DNA of 37,036 nt from the NCBI GenBank assembly GCA_049314435.1, contig JBMOFD010000008.1:1-37036 (forward strand). Reading direction: 5' to 3'. Below the pieces are notes generated by a model. The model was not told the origin of the DNA. It did not search any database and saw only the letters and a program-made list of their open reading frames with translations. The position numbers were made by a program, and so were the translations under genes. Each line of letters begins with the position of its first letter. Position 1 is the stretch's first letter. Shown here in pieces: positions 16,991 through 25,375 of the stretch. This DNA comes from Chlamydiia bacterium. Lineage in GTDB: Bacteria > Chlamydiota > Chlamydiia > Chlamydiales > JBMOFD01.

Positions 16991-18847
16991 TTAGCGACGA
17001 TTGAGGGGAACCACTTTAGGCGAGGTAAGCGTCTTCGCTGCTCGCCGGTCCGCCCAAGCCTGCTGCACTATACTCAATACCGTTGAGAAGAGCCAGTACA
17101 GGTTCAGTCCCGATGGAGCCGAGTAGAATGCGAACAGCAGAATCAGAGGAAATACCGTACCCATGATCATCTTTTGGCGATGTTCCGGTGAGGAATCTGC
17201 CGTGGTAGGCGCACCTGCTCCCATCCGAGTCTGTAGGAACGTGATGCCGGCCAGAATGATCGGCAACAGATGCAATGAGCTGCCTATCCATGGGATGTGG
17301 AAACCCCAGCTGAACACCACGTCAGGCGCTGCTAGGTCTGGAATCCACCCAGGAATGAAGGAAGCTCCACGCAGAGGGAAGGAGCTGCGAAGAAGGTCCA
17401 ACATCCCCAACAGAAGTGGGATCTGAATCAACATCGGCAGAAGAGCCGAGAAGGGGTTGAAGCCCTTTTCTCGGTAGAGCTCAATCTGAGCCATCTTAAA
17501 GAGCTGAGGCTGCTTCTCGAACTTCTTCCGTAGCTCGGCGATCTCAGGTTCCAGAGCCTTGCCCTTGGCCGTCGCCTTAGCTGACCACTGAGTGAGAGGC
17601 CAGGTGATGACTCGCAAAGCAATGGTCAACAGGATCACGCTGAATCCCCAGCTGCCGCAGAAGGCGTAGAAGGCCTGCATGAGCCACCACATGAAGCGCG
17701 CAAAGGGAGCGCTCACGAAGCTGAAGAAGCCGTAGTAGGCCATGACTTCTTGGAGCTGAGGATTCTGGTCAGCCTGTCCATTACGTAGGGTCACAATCGC
17801 TTGGTCCGCTGCGCGCAGCGTGTTGCTCTCCAGAGGGCCTGCATAGAACGCCAAGTCCGTGCTTCCTGCGCGACTGCTAAGAGGTAGGAAGTAGCGGTAA
17901 CCGGGGAAGTCGGTCCCCTGTCCAGGAATCAGCTCGATACGGGAGGGAGCTTCCTTGGAGGAGAGCTGTTGAACACGGAATCCTGGGCCAATCTCGCTTT
18001 GTGGGTCGAGGATCAGACCAAAGAACCCGTTGCTTGTGCTCAGCCATTGAGGATAGAGAGAGCTTACAGAGACCTGATCCTTGGGTAGATCGAGCTTTTC
18101 TACATCCACCGTACCGCTGCGATTCACGGCATACTGCATACGTGGGTCAGGGCTCCCGCCTACCAGTTCCACTTCAGGGATCCCGGAGCTGACCCAGAGC
18201 GGTCCGACCGCACCGACTGTTTCAATCCTGGCTTTCAGGAGATAGGCGTCGGTTAGGGGAGGACGACCCAATTCATAGGTGCGGATGATCTGATTGGCCC
18301 CATCCGACCATTCAAAGCGGATGTGGTGATCGCTGATCTCCTTCACCGCGAAGGGCTGCGTGAAGACCCCATCCACCTTCGACAAACTCAGCGCGTAGTA
18401 CTCAGGGCGTACGACACCAGTCAGCTCTCCATTCGGGCCGAGATTCCCTCGGCGCAGGAGTGGGTAGTAGCCACCCAGCGTGCCCTCGGAAATCTCTCGC
18501 AGACGTCCTGTTGCTGGATCGAATTGCAGGGAGGGGAGTAGCGGAAACCGAGCGTTACGCGGATCCTGTTCAGCCAGCTTTCTGTCGGCTTCGACTGGCT
18601 TGACCACGCTTTCAGACCCATTGGATCCATGAAGGCGGAGGTTCAACTCCGCGATAGAACCACCCAAATTGCTAAAGACGACCTGCTGGAGCGGCGTCTC
18701 TAGAACGTAGCGTTTCTCCCTTTCACGGGGGACCGGCGGAGGAGGTGTCACAACCGTTTGGACAACCGCAGTCGGCTTAAAGTAAGTCTGCACAGCAAAC
18801 AAACTGGCAGCAAAGATTGCAACTAGAACGAGCTGCCGCTTATCCAT
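16991..18847 (-). CDS. yidC: Membrane protein insertase YidC
   Basis: MDKR N-terminus, FSNLGGSI, WGFSVILLTIALR, LPMLIQIP, WIPDLAAPD, PSGLNLYW. Confidence 0.97.
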   Translation of the reverse strand: MDKRQLVLVAIFAASLFAVQTYFKPTAVVQTVVTPPPPVPREREKRYVLETPLQQVVFSNLGGSIAELNLRLHGSNGSESVVKPVEADRKLAEQDPRNARFPLLPSLQFDPATGRLREISEGTLGGYYPLLRRGNLGPNGELTGVVRPEYYALSLSKVDGVFTQPFAVKEISDHHIRFEWSDGANQIIRTYELGRPPLTDAYLLKARIETVGAVGPLWVSSGIPEVELVGGSPDPRMQYAVNRSGTVDVEKLDLPKDQVSVSSLYPQWLSTSNGFFGLILDPQSEIGPGFRVQQLSSKEAPSRIELIPGQGTDFPGYRYFLPLSSRAGSTDLAFYAGPLESNTLRAADQAIVTLRNGQADQNPQLQEVMAYYGFFSFVSAPFARFMWWLMQAFYAFCGSWGFSVILLTIALRVITWPLTQWSAKATAKGKALEPEIAELRKKFEKQPQLFKMAQIELYREKGFNPFSALLPMLIQIPLLLGMLDLLRSSFPLRGASFIPGWIPDLAAPDVVFSWGFHIPWIGSSLHLLPIILAGITFLQTRMGAGAPTTADSSPEHRQKMIMGTVFPLILLFAFYSAPSGLNLYWLFSTVLSIVQQAWADRRAAKTLTSPKVVPLNRR

Positions 18848-19291
18848 GAATTTGTCTCTCTTTCATTTTGTTGGGTCGACCAAGAGGCCTTCAGTTCAAT
18901 GGCGGGATAATATCACACGAGTTGCTAACCGCGCACGCAATTCCAAGAGGAACTACGAGCTGCGGACACATCTCGAGTGGCGCGATCGCACGATTCCTTG
19001 GATCCGAAAGCGACTGGAAGCGGGCGGGCTCCCTTGTGGCGGGTCCCTCCGACGGATCGAAGTTTTCTTAGTGTTTGATAGTTAGTCGCTTGCTGCCTTT
19101 TGCCTCGAGAGATCAGTAGGAAGGTCTGTGAACAGATCTAGGCCGCTGCTATGCTGCTGCTGAATGCAAACTCTTGGAAGAGGCGGTTCGGGTTTGCGAG
19201 GGCGATAGCCTGAATTCCGAACGGGCTGGAACATAAATGAGAGGAGCGCCAGAACGATCTGCTTTATGTGGTGAGGGAAGGCGTGGATGGG

Positions 19292-20989
19292 ATGCTCACA
19301 GGCCAAAACGACATTGGAGATTATCGCGTAGTCCGTCAGCTGGAGGCTGGACCCTTGGGTTCGGTGGTTCTTGCCGAGCACCGGCTTTTAAAGAGACTCT
19401 ATGTTCTAAAGGTCTTTGCCCAAGCTAATGCGCAGCAGCTCGAACGGTTTGAAAAGACCTTGAGCTCGCTGGCCCAACTCAAGCACCCATACCTACAGCC
19501 GATCCACAGTGCTCAGGTGGTGGCCAATCGGCTATGTCTCGTCAGTGACTGGGCGGATGGGGAGTGGGGTACTCTTGGCCAGCTGCTGCAAAGTAGGGGA
19601 GGAGCGATCTCTGAAGAGGAGACGCACCAGATCTTGCGGCCGATGGCTGCCGCCCTCGACTATCTGCATAGTCAACAACCCCCTCAACTGCATGGGAGTT
19701 TGCGGCCCGATGTGATCTGGCTGCAGACAGCCACGACAGGGGGCGCGAGTCTTCAGGTGCGCGTGGCGGATTTTGGCTGGAGCCAGATCGTCGGTCAGCT
19801 GGATGGTTTGGTGGCAGGTCAGGAGAGTTTAGCCGCTCACTTCGCATTCAATCAGGCCCTTATGCAGGGCTTTGCCTTCTTGGCCCCTGAACAGAAGAAG
19901 GGTGGTCAGGCTACAGCGGCAAGCGACGTCTATGCCTTTGGCGTCCTGGCATATCTCATGCTGATGGGAGAGTTTCCTGAAGGGATCTTCGACCTGCCGA
20001 GTCAACGACTGGGGCCTGCGCCAAGGCAGTGGGATCGCGTTGTGACGGAGTGTCTGCGGTCCGATCCCAGGAAGCGACCGAACAGTCTTGTGCGTCTTCT
20101 AGATGAGTGTTCTCAGGTGCCAGCATTTGAAATGGCGCCCAAGACAGAAGCTCTGAATCTGCAGATGCCGTTAAGCAGTGCTGTAAAGCCATTTGTCGTA
20201 GAGAAAGTGGTCTCTTCGTATACGGCTCCTAAAGATGCGACCGAGCGTCCTCACGAGCCCTTGCGCTGTCCTATGGCGCCGATACCTGCCGGAAAATACT
20301 GGCGAGGCAGCGACATTGGGCAGCGTGATGAGGGTCCTCGTCATCAGGTGCATCTCGGGTCCTTCTGGATCGACGTCCATCCAGTGACGAACGAGCAGTA
20401 CATGCGGTTCCTAGAGGGAGTTGGATCGGAGAAAGACAGCCAACATAACGATCTGATTCGTCTTCGAGAGTCGAGGTTGAAGCGAGCGGCTGGCAAACTC
20501 ACCATCGAGCCGGGCTATGCGCAGCATCCTGTTGTGGGAGTGACCTGGTATGGCGCCGCGGCTTACGCTGAGTGGGTGGGGAAGAGATTGCCGACCGAGG
20601 CGGAGTGGGAGATTGCTGCATTAGGTGGAGTGGCAGATGCGACCTACCCAACGGGCGCGGTCATTGACAAGGCGCAGGCGAACTTCTTCTCGAGTGACAC
20701 CACAGCTGTGATGAGTTTCCCTCCCAATCAATATGGCCTCTTCGACATGGCGGGCAACGTCTACGAGTGGTGTCACGACTGGTACGGCTACAACTACTAC
20801 GATTGCAGCGCCCAAGAACCTGACCAGCCGAGTGGTCCTCATCAGGGGATCTACCGTGTGTTGCGCGGAGGTTGTTGGCGCAGTGTGAAAGAGGATTTAC
20901 GTTGTGCACATCGCCATCGTAATAATCCGGGCACGGTTAACAGCACATATGGATTCCGTTGTGCAAGTTCCCAGCAGGTGGTCCGTTGA
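19292..20989 (+). CDS. pkn1: Pkn1-type Ser/Thr kinase-like domain fused to FGE-sulfatase (SUMF1) domain
   Basis: IGDYRVV..GPLGSV..VLK, DFG, FLAPEQ, SDVYAFG. C-terminal HPVTNEQY, HPVVGVTW, KRLPTEAEWE, DMAGNVYEWC, VLRGG, GFRC. Start could be GTG 19268. Confidence 0.92.
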   Translation: MLTGQNDIGDYRVVRQLEAGPLGSVVLAEHRLLKRLYVLKVFAQANAQQLERFEKTLSSLAQLKHPYLQPIHSAQVVANRLCLVSDWADGEWGTLGQLLQSRGGAISEEETHQILRPMAAALDYLHSQQPPQLHGSLRPDVIWLQTATTGGASLQVRVADFGWSQIVGQLDGLVAGQESLAAHFAFNQALMQGFAFLAPEQKKGGQATAASDVYAFGVLAYLMLMGEFPEGIFDLPSQRLGPAPRQWDRVVTECLRSDPRKRPNSLVRLLDECSQVPAFEMAPKTEALNLQMPLSSAVKPFVVEKVVSSYTAPKDATERPHEPLRCPMAPIPAGKYWRGSDIGQRDEGPRHQVHLGSFWIDVHPVTNEQYMRFLEGVGSEKDSQHNDLIRLRESRLKRAAGKLTIEPGYAQHPVVGVTWYGAAAYAEWVGKRLPTEAEWEIAALGGVADATYPTGAVIDKAQANFFSSDTTAVMSFPPNQYGLFDMAGNVYEWCHDWYGYNYYDCSAQEPDQPSGPHQGIYRVLRGGCWRSVKEDLRCAHRHRNNPGTVNSTYGFRCASSQQVVR

Positions 20990-21729
20990 AACCTTGTGTC
21001 TGTATTGGAAATTGGAAGCTGCACCAGACTCTGGCGCAGACAAGGGATTTTTTTGCTGAATGGCGCTGCCAAAATGTACCAGCTCAGTTAGTGGTGGGGT
21101 TCGCGGTGCCCTATACGGCGATCGATACGGCTGCTCGGGCGGTCCAAGACCTTCCCGTGGAGATTGGGGCTCAAGATTGTGCTGATCGACGGCAGGGCGC
21201 TTTTACCGGAGAGGTGAGCGCGGAGATGGTTCGTGAGGCCGGGGCGCAGTTTGTGATTCTCGGGCACTCGGAGCGCCGACGCTTCTTTCATGAAACCGAC
21301 GCTGTGATTCGAGAGAAGGTGCAGCTGGCCCAGCAAGCTGGGCTGAAGATTGTGCTCTGCTGCGGAGAGACCGCCGAGGAACGCGATCAGGGACGAGGCG
21401 GAGAAGTGCTTCAAGAGCAAGTTCGTGGTGCTGTAGAGCAGTTTCAGTCGACTGAGCTGCTGATCGCCTATGAGCCGGTGTGGGCGATCGGCACAGGGAA
21501 CGCTGCTTCACCTGAGCTCATAGAAGAGACGCTGGTAGGATTGTCAGCGTGGCTCACCGGGATCTATCCCGTTGTGCCTCCACTCCTGTATGGAGGCTCG
21601 GTAACTCCAGAGACTGTGGGAGGGATTGTAGCCCTCCCACATGTGCAGGGAGTCCTAGTGGGAGGTCCCAGCACAGATCCAGTTCTTTTCGCACGTCTTT
21701 GTCAGGCTGCGGCTGCGGCATTGCGCTAG
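20986..21729 (+). CDS. tpiA: Triosephosphate isomerase
   Basis: GNWK, GAFTGEVS, GHSERR, AYEPVWAIGTG, LYGGSV, LVGG. The TTG start overlaps the pkn1 stop. Confidence 0.98.
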   Translation: MKPCVCIGNWKLHQTLAQTRDFFAEWRCQNVPAQLVVGFAVPYTAIDTAARAVQDLPVEIGAQDCADRRQGAFTGEVSAEMVREAGAQFVILGHSERRRFFHETDAVIREKVQLAQQAGLKIVLCCGETAEERDQGRGGEVLQEQVRGAVEQFQSTELLIAYEPVWAIGTGNAASPELIEETLVGLSAWLTGIYPVVPPLLYGGSVTPETVGGIVALPHVQGVLVGGPSTDPVLFARLCQAAAAALR

Positions 21730-22523
21730 AAGCCTAGCTGTGAATACAACAGGTAGAGCGCATCCACCTGATTGAGGCATGCCCTAGCGCGTTCGACAAT
21801 CCAATACTCGTTAGGTCCATGACTCGATCGGACAAACCGAAAGTCAGCTTCTACTCGGAACTCTCCATCCAGAATTTCGGCCCACGCAGAGCAATGACCC
21901 GGCCCCACCGCCGTAGTCCAACCTACCTTGACTTTTGTTGGGGGCCCCTTAAAATCTTCAATATCAAGCAACCGGAAACCCCTCTTGAACAACACTTGAA
22001 TGGTGGAGCCAGACAACGTGAGGAACCTCTCCAAGGGTAGAAGAGGAACGTCAGTCCTTCCGAAAAAATCGGCGAGTTCCTGGGTAGCGCAGTGTGTTGG
22101 TGTGGGAGGCTCCAGATCACGGATCATCTTGAGCACTAGTTCATTAGGGTCGGATAGATCCTCCATGGAGGTCGAGATGGTCAAAGAGGAGTTGGCCGCT
22201 ATGCGTCTCTTTTTGTAGATGGGCTCTTCGTTTTCGCTCTCAGAGGGAGAGGGCTCCCGAGGTCGTACCCGACTACGGAAGGTCTCAGAGGCATGGGTTC
22301 TATGTGGCGTGATCGTCTCTTGAGATCCTTCTGAGATCGGAACGTCCGCCATCTCGACATCTTCCATGTCATGGAGATTGGGCTGGACCTCATCGCTCTC
22401 CTCCATGACACTTGTCGATCCCTGAGGGACCGCAGATGACCACGAGTGCGTCTGTTGAAGGTATACAGGCGGGTACGTTGAACTGCCGCCAGATGAGGAA
22501 ATGAACATGGTGATTGCCGTCAT
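21726..22523 (-). CDS. Hypothetical protein, Ser-rich/acidic disordered N-terminal half with NLS-like KKRR
   Basis: 265-aa ORF with its own sigma-66-like promoter. Alternative ATG at 22508. Confidence 0.65.
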   Translation of the reverse strand: MTAITMFISSSGGSSTYPPVYLQQTHSWSSAVPQGSTSVMEESDEVQPNLHDMEDVEMADVPISEGSQETITPHRTHASETFRSRVRPREPSPSESENEEPIYKKRRIAANSSLTISTSMEDLSDPNELVLKMIRDLEPPTPTHCATQELADFFGRTDVPLLPLERFLTLSGSTIQVLFKRGFRLLDIEDFKGPPTKVKVGWTTAVGPGHCSAWAEILDGEFRVEADFRFVRSSHGPNEYWIVERARACLNQVDALYLLYSQLGF

Positions 22524-22539
22524 TCAAAAAGGGCAGCCC

Positions 22540-22568
22540 ATTGTACCGAGTGCTGCTCCAATCCTCAA
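22540..22568 (-). promoter_or_regulatory. Putative sigma-66 promoter
   Basis: Minus strand TTGAGG-N17-TACAAT. Confidence 0.6.
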
Positions 22569-22604
22569 TGGCGGCATTCCATCTATTTGGGAGGCGGCAA
22601 GCTC

Positions 22605-23360
22605 TTATGGCCCTATGGGTCCGTTATAGGTTGATCCGGGATGCCAATTCACCCAGGCGTTGATGAGCGCATTCATGTTCGATGGATCGATCTGCAAATT
22701 GCCTGCGTTCGGGTTCGAGCAGGAGGTGCTACCTGAACCAGACCATTGACCCGCCACTGGAATACCATTGCCACCCCCACAAGACCACGGTCCCACACTG
22801 GGGTTCAGCTGACCTGTGTCATACGTGTTGACCACAGAGCTCAGGGAGGTGCTAGGAGAAAATACGGTCGATAGAGGCGTACTCAAGGCCATTGACGGGG
22901 TGATGAATGACCCTGTTGTTGTGCTCACCGGCACGTAGAGATAAATTCCCGATGAGGTTGACCCTGACCAGACCGATCCGGCCTGTCCATTGTTTAGAAT
23001 AGCTTGGCATTGCTGGGTGGCTACGCTGACGCTCGTGATGCCCGCCGTGAAACTAGAGCCCGTGTAGACGTTGGACCCATGGGCGGCCTGAGTGGCTGGA
23101 TTCAGAAGAAAGCCAAAGGTCGCGCCACCCACGTACTGCCCGCCATTTATTAGCGTGGGGCCGTTTTGATTGGGCATCATGCAGGTGTAGACACTCAGCG
23201 CCAACGAATAGTTTGGGGATGAGGGATTGATGGGACCGCCAAAATTGACACACTCCGTGCTCACCGTCGAGCTGGAGTACTGGCAGCTCGCAAATCCGTT
23301 GGAGATAATTCCCAGCCCACAGAGACATAACAAAAGATGTTTGTTCATAATGATATCCAT
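22605..23360 (-). CDS. Secreted Ser/Gly/Thr/Asn-rich hypothetical protein
   Basis: Signal peptide MNKHLLLCLCGLGIISNGFA (ATG 23348 or 23360). Six Cys in the mature part. Confidence 0.8.
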   Translation of the reverse strand: MDIIMNKHLLLCLCGLGIISNGFASCQYSSSTVSTECVNFGGPINPSSPNYSLALSVYTCMMPNQNGPTLINGGQYVGGATFGFLLNPATQAAHGSNVYTGSSFTAGITSVSVATQQCQAILNNGQAGSVWSGSTSSGIYLYVPVSTTTGSFITPSMALSTPLSTVFSPSTSLSSVVNTYDTGQLNPSVGPWSCGGGNGIPVAGQWSGSGSTSCSNPNAGNLQIDPSNMNALINAWVNWHPGSTYNGPIGP

Positions 23361-23565
23361 AATTATTGGTTATTGTTTGGTCTCCTTGTCCCGACTGCGC
23401 GCAATTAGTTCCATTGAAACCTGGCGGTTCGCCTGACCCTCTGGCTAGTCACCGACTGCTGGACCAAGGTGGCGGCCTCCTGGTCCAACGGTCGCTCATG
23501 AGATTAAAATAGTTGTTGTGTTAGCCATGAGTGCCCTGTTCACCCCTGTCCCCGATAGATAGGAC

Positions 23566-24264
23566 TCAGGGAATGACTTCTGGTGGTGGTGGTGCTGGAG
23601 TCAGGTAGCCTCCTCCCGAGTCTTGTGGGAGGTATCTCGTTGGGTAGTACCGACCAGAGACGATGACTCCTGGAGGTCCATAGAGGCCTGGAGAACCATC
23701 TGGGGCGGAACAGAAATCCACCCTGGGATTGCAGGCGCCTTGTGGAGGGGCTGCATAGGCGGGGGCCTCCGCGGAACCTGAGTTCGAGGCCGCGGCTCCG
23801 GCCATGATCCCCATCCCAACTCCAACAGGGAATAGCCAAGCTCCAGAATCTCCATCGTCATACCAACCGTCACCACCGTGACGATGTCCCCACCTATCGC
23901 GATCGCCCTGATTCCATCGACGACCGTCCTGTTGCGGATCAGCATGATCAATATTGAGATTATCCAGAGCCTGATCGTTGTTATTAACGTGGAGGCCGCC
24001 GGCCTGTCGCCCCGGACGTTGCCCTCCGCCCCCGCGGTTACCGCCCTGCCCTTGTGGACGCTGCCCGGCTCCTCCCCCTCGATTGCCGCCCTGCGGGTGC
24101 TGCCCCGCTCCGCCTCGGTTGCCGCCGCCTTGACCAGGCATAGCGGGGTTATTATGAACCTGCAGATCGGCTTGCAGAGCTCCCTGCAAGCAAAGACCAA
24201 CCAGGCCGCAGAAAAGGGTCATCTTGAAGAGAGGGCGATGCTTAGTCGAAGGATGTCTGCCCAT
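23566..24264 (-). CDS. Secreted Gly-rich low-complexity protein
   Basis: AGGAG RBS, signal peptide ..CLQGALQA, three GGNRGG repeats, R/W/D/H-rich block, hydrophobic GVGMGIMAGAAA, P/Y-rich C-terminus. Confidence 0.75.
   Translation of the reverse strand: MGRHPSTKHRPLFKMTLFCGLVGLCLQGALQADLQVHNNPAMPGQGGGNRGGAGQHPQGGNRGGGAGQRPQGQGGNRGGGGQRPGRQAGGLHVNNNDQALDNLNIDHADPQQDGRRWNQGDRDRWGHRHGGDGWYDDGDSGAWLFPVGVGMGIMAGAAASNSGSAEAPAYAAPPQGACNPRVDFCSAPDGSPGLYGPPGVIVSGRYYPTRYLPQDSGGGYLTPAPPPPEVIP
24011..24135 (-). repeat. Degenerate coding tandem repeat (3x G-G-N-R-G-G..G-Q-[HR]-P)
   Basis: Protein GGNRGGAGQHPQ / GGNRGGGAGQRPQ / GGNRGGGGQRPG. Confidence 0.7.
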
Positions 24265-24442
24265 GATTAAGCTCCTGTGAGTCCCCCAATATACGACGGG
24301 GGCGTAATGTTCTATTTCGTTGTGTATCAGCCGTTTGTATTTGTCTAACCTGCCCCCTGAAACATGATCCTCCGTGATTCGGACTCAAGAAGGCGGGCTG
24401 GTCTGGGCCTCCCGGCTCCAGGCCTAAGCCTGTTCTTGAGGC

Positions 24443-25375
24443 TTGTTCGAGATGGCTAGATCTTGTACAAGTGACCCCATGATGTATGTCCGGAATAGGG
24501 GAGCCTTTACGGTTCCTACAGGCCCTCTTAAGGGCGCACAGCCGCTCAGAAGGCTGCCCTCGTCTTCTATTTGGCGGGCAGGAGTCATGAGCCTCCTTAT
24601 AGGTGCTTCTCTTGGAGCCGATCCTGTGCGACCCGAAGCTGGTCCTTGGATCCCAGACCTATTCGTATGGCGTCTTGATGCGCAGGGATGGACGGGATCC
24701 TATCGTTGGTGTGAGGGGAGCTGCCCCCAGACATTGTCTATCTTGGCTGTAGGTGGTGGATTTGCCCTGTCAGAGAGCACCGATGCTCAAGCGAGGATCT
24801 CGATTGCCAAATGTCCTGGTGTGGGCTGGGATTGGGATGTCGTGCAGCTCTATGGGCGGACGCTGCTTATGGATGAATACGATGGTTACCCATTCACTGC
24901 GGCGGTGGGAATTCCTGTGACCTTTGGTTCAAGCCGCGCGGTGCATGAGCCAGCCGAATTTGTTCCTTCTAACGTCAATGGTGAGCTGCAGCTCTCGGCA
25001 GGAAAGGAGTGGTCACGTCTGGAGAACTGGTGGTTGAGGACGGCTGTATTAGCGGCCGCTGGCTTAGCGAACGAAGGCGGTCCCTGGTTCCGGGGCTGGG
25101 CCGAGATCGCCCTGCAGGTGCAGGGGCGCCATGCGCTCGGCTTTATGCTAGAGGGGATCCGCACTCTCGGTTCGGGGAGTGCATTCGAGAGGCTCACGGC
25201 TCAGTCCTATGCTCGCCGACGAGCACAGTGGTTGGACGGGTGGCTCACCTATCGCTATCAACATCCAGTGTATGGGAGTTTAGCTCTGCAGTGGCAGCAC
25301 CGTTTTAAGGCTCAAGGAGCCCCTCGTATCCTCAACTTAGGCAATGTGTGCGTGACCTACACCATGTCGCTATGA
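24443..25375 (+). CDS. Probable outer-membrane beta-barrel protein (start uncertain, likely further downstream)
   Basis: Signal-like VMSLLIGASLGA, Trp/Gly-rich alternating strands, C-terminal VCVTYTMSL. Confidence 0.65.
   Translation: MFEMARSCTSDPMMYVRNRGAFTVPTGPLKGAQPLRRLPSSSIWRAGVMSLLIGASLGADPVRPEAGPWIPDLFVWRLDAQGWTGSYRWCEGSCPQTLSILAVGGGFALSESTDAQARISIAKCPGVGWDWDVVQLYGRTLLMDEYDGYPFTAAVGIPVTFGSSRAVHEPAEFVPSNVNGELQLSAGKEWSRLENWWLRTAVLAAAGLANEGGPWFRGWAEIALQVQGRHALGFMLEGIRTLGSGSAFERLTAQSYARRRAQWLDGWLTYRYQHPVYGSLALQWQHRFKAQGAPRILNLGNVCVTYTMSL

Noticed and set aside
15597..19290. oriC near dnaA
   Set aside because: I saw no cluster of TTATCCACA-type boxes or AT-rich unwinding element, and dnaA is tightly packed between its neighbours.
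23399..23413. Second sigma-54 promoter (minus strand TGGAAC-N5-GCGC)
   Set aside because: GG-N10-GC spacing is right but the TT of the -12 box is missing. Too weak to call.
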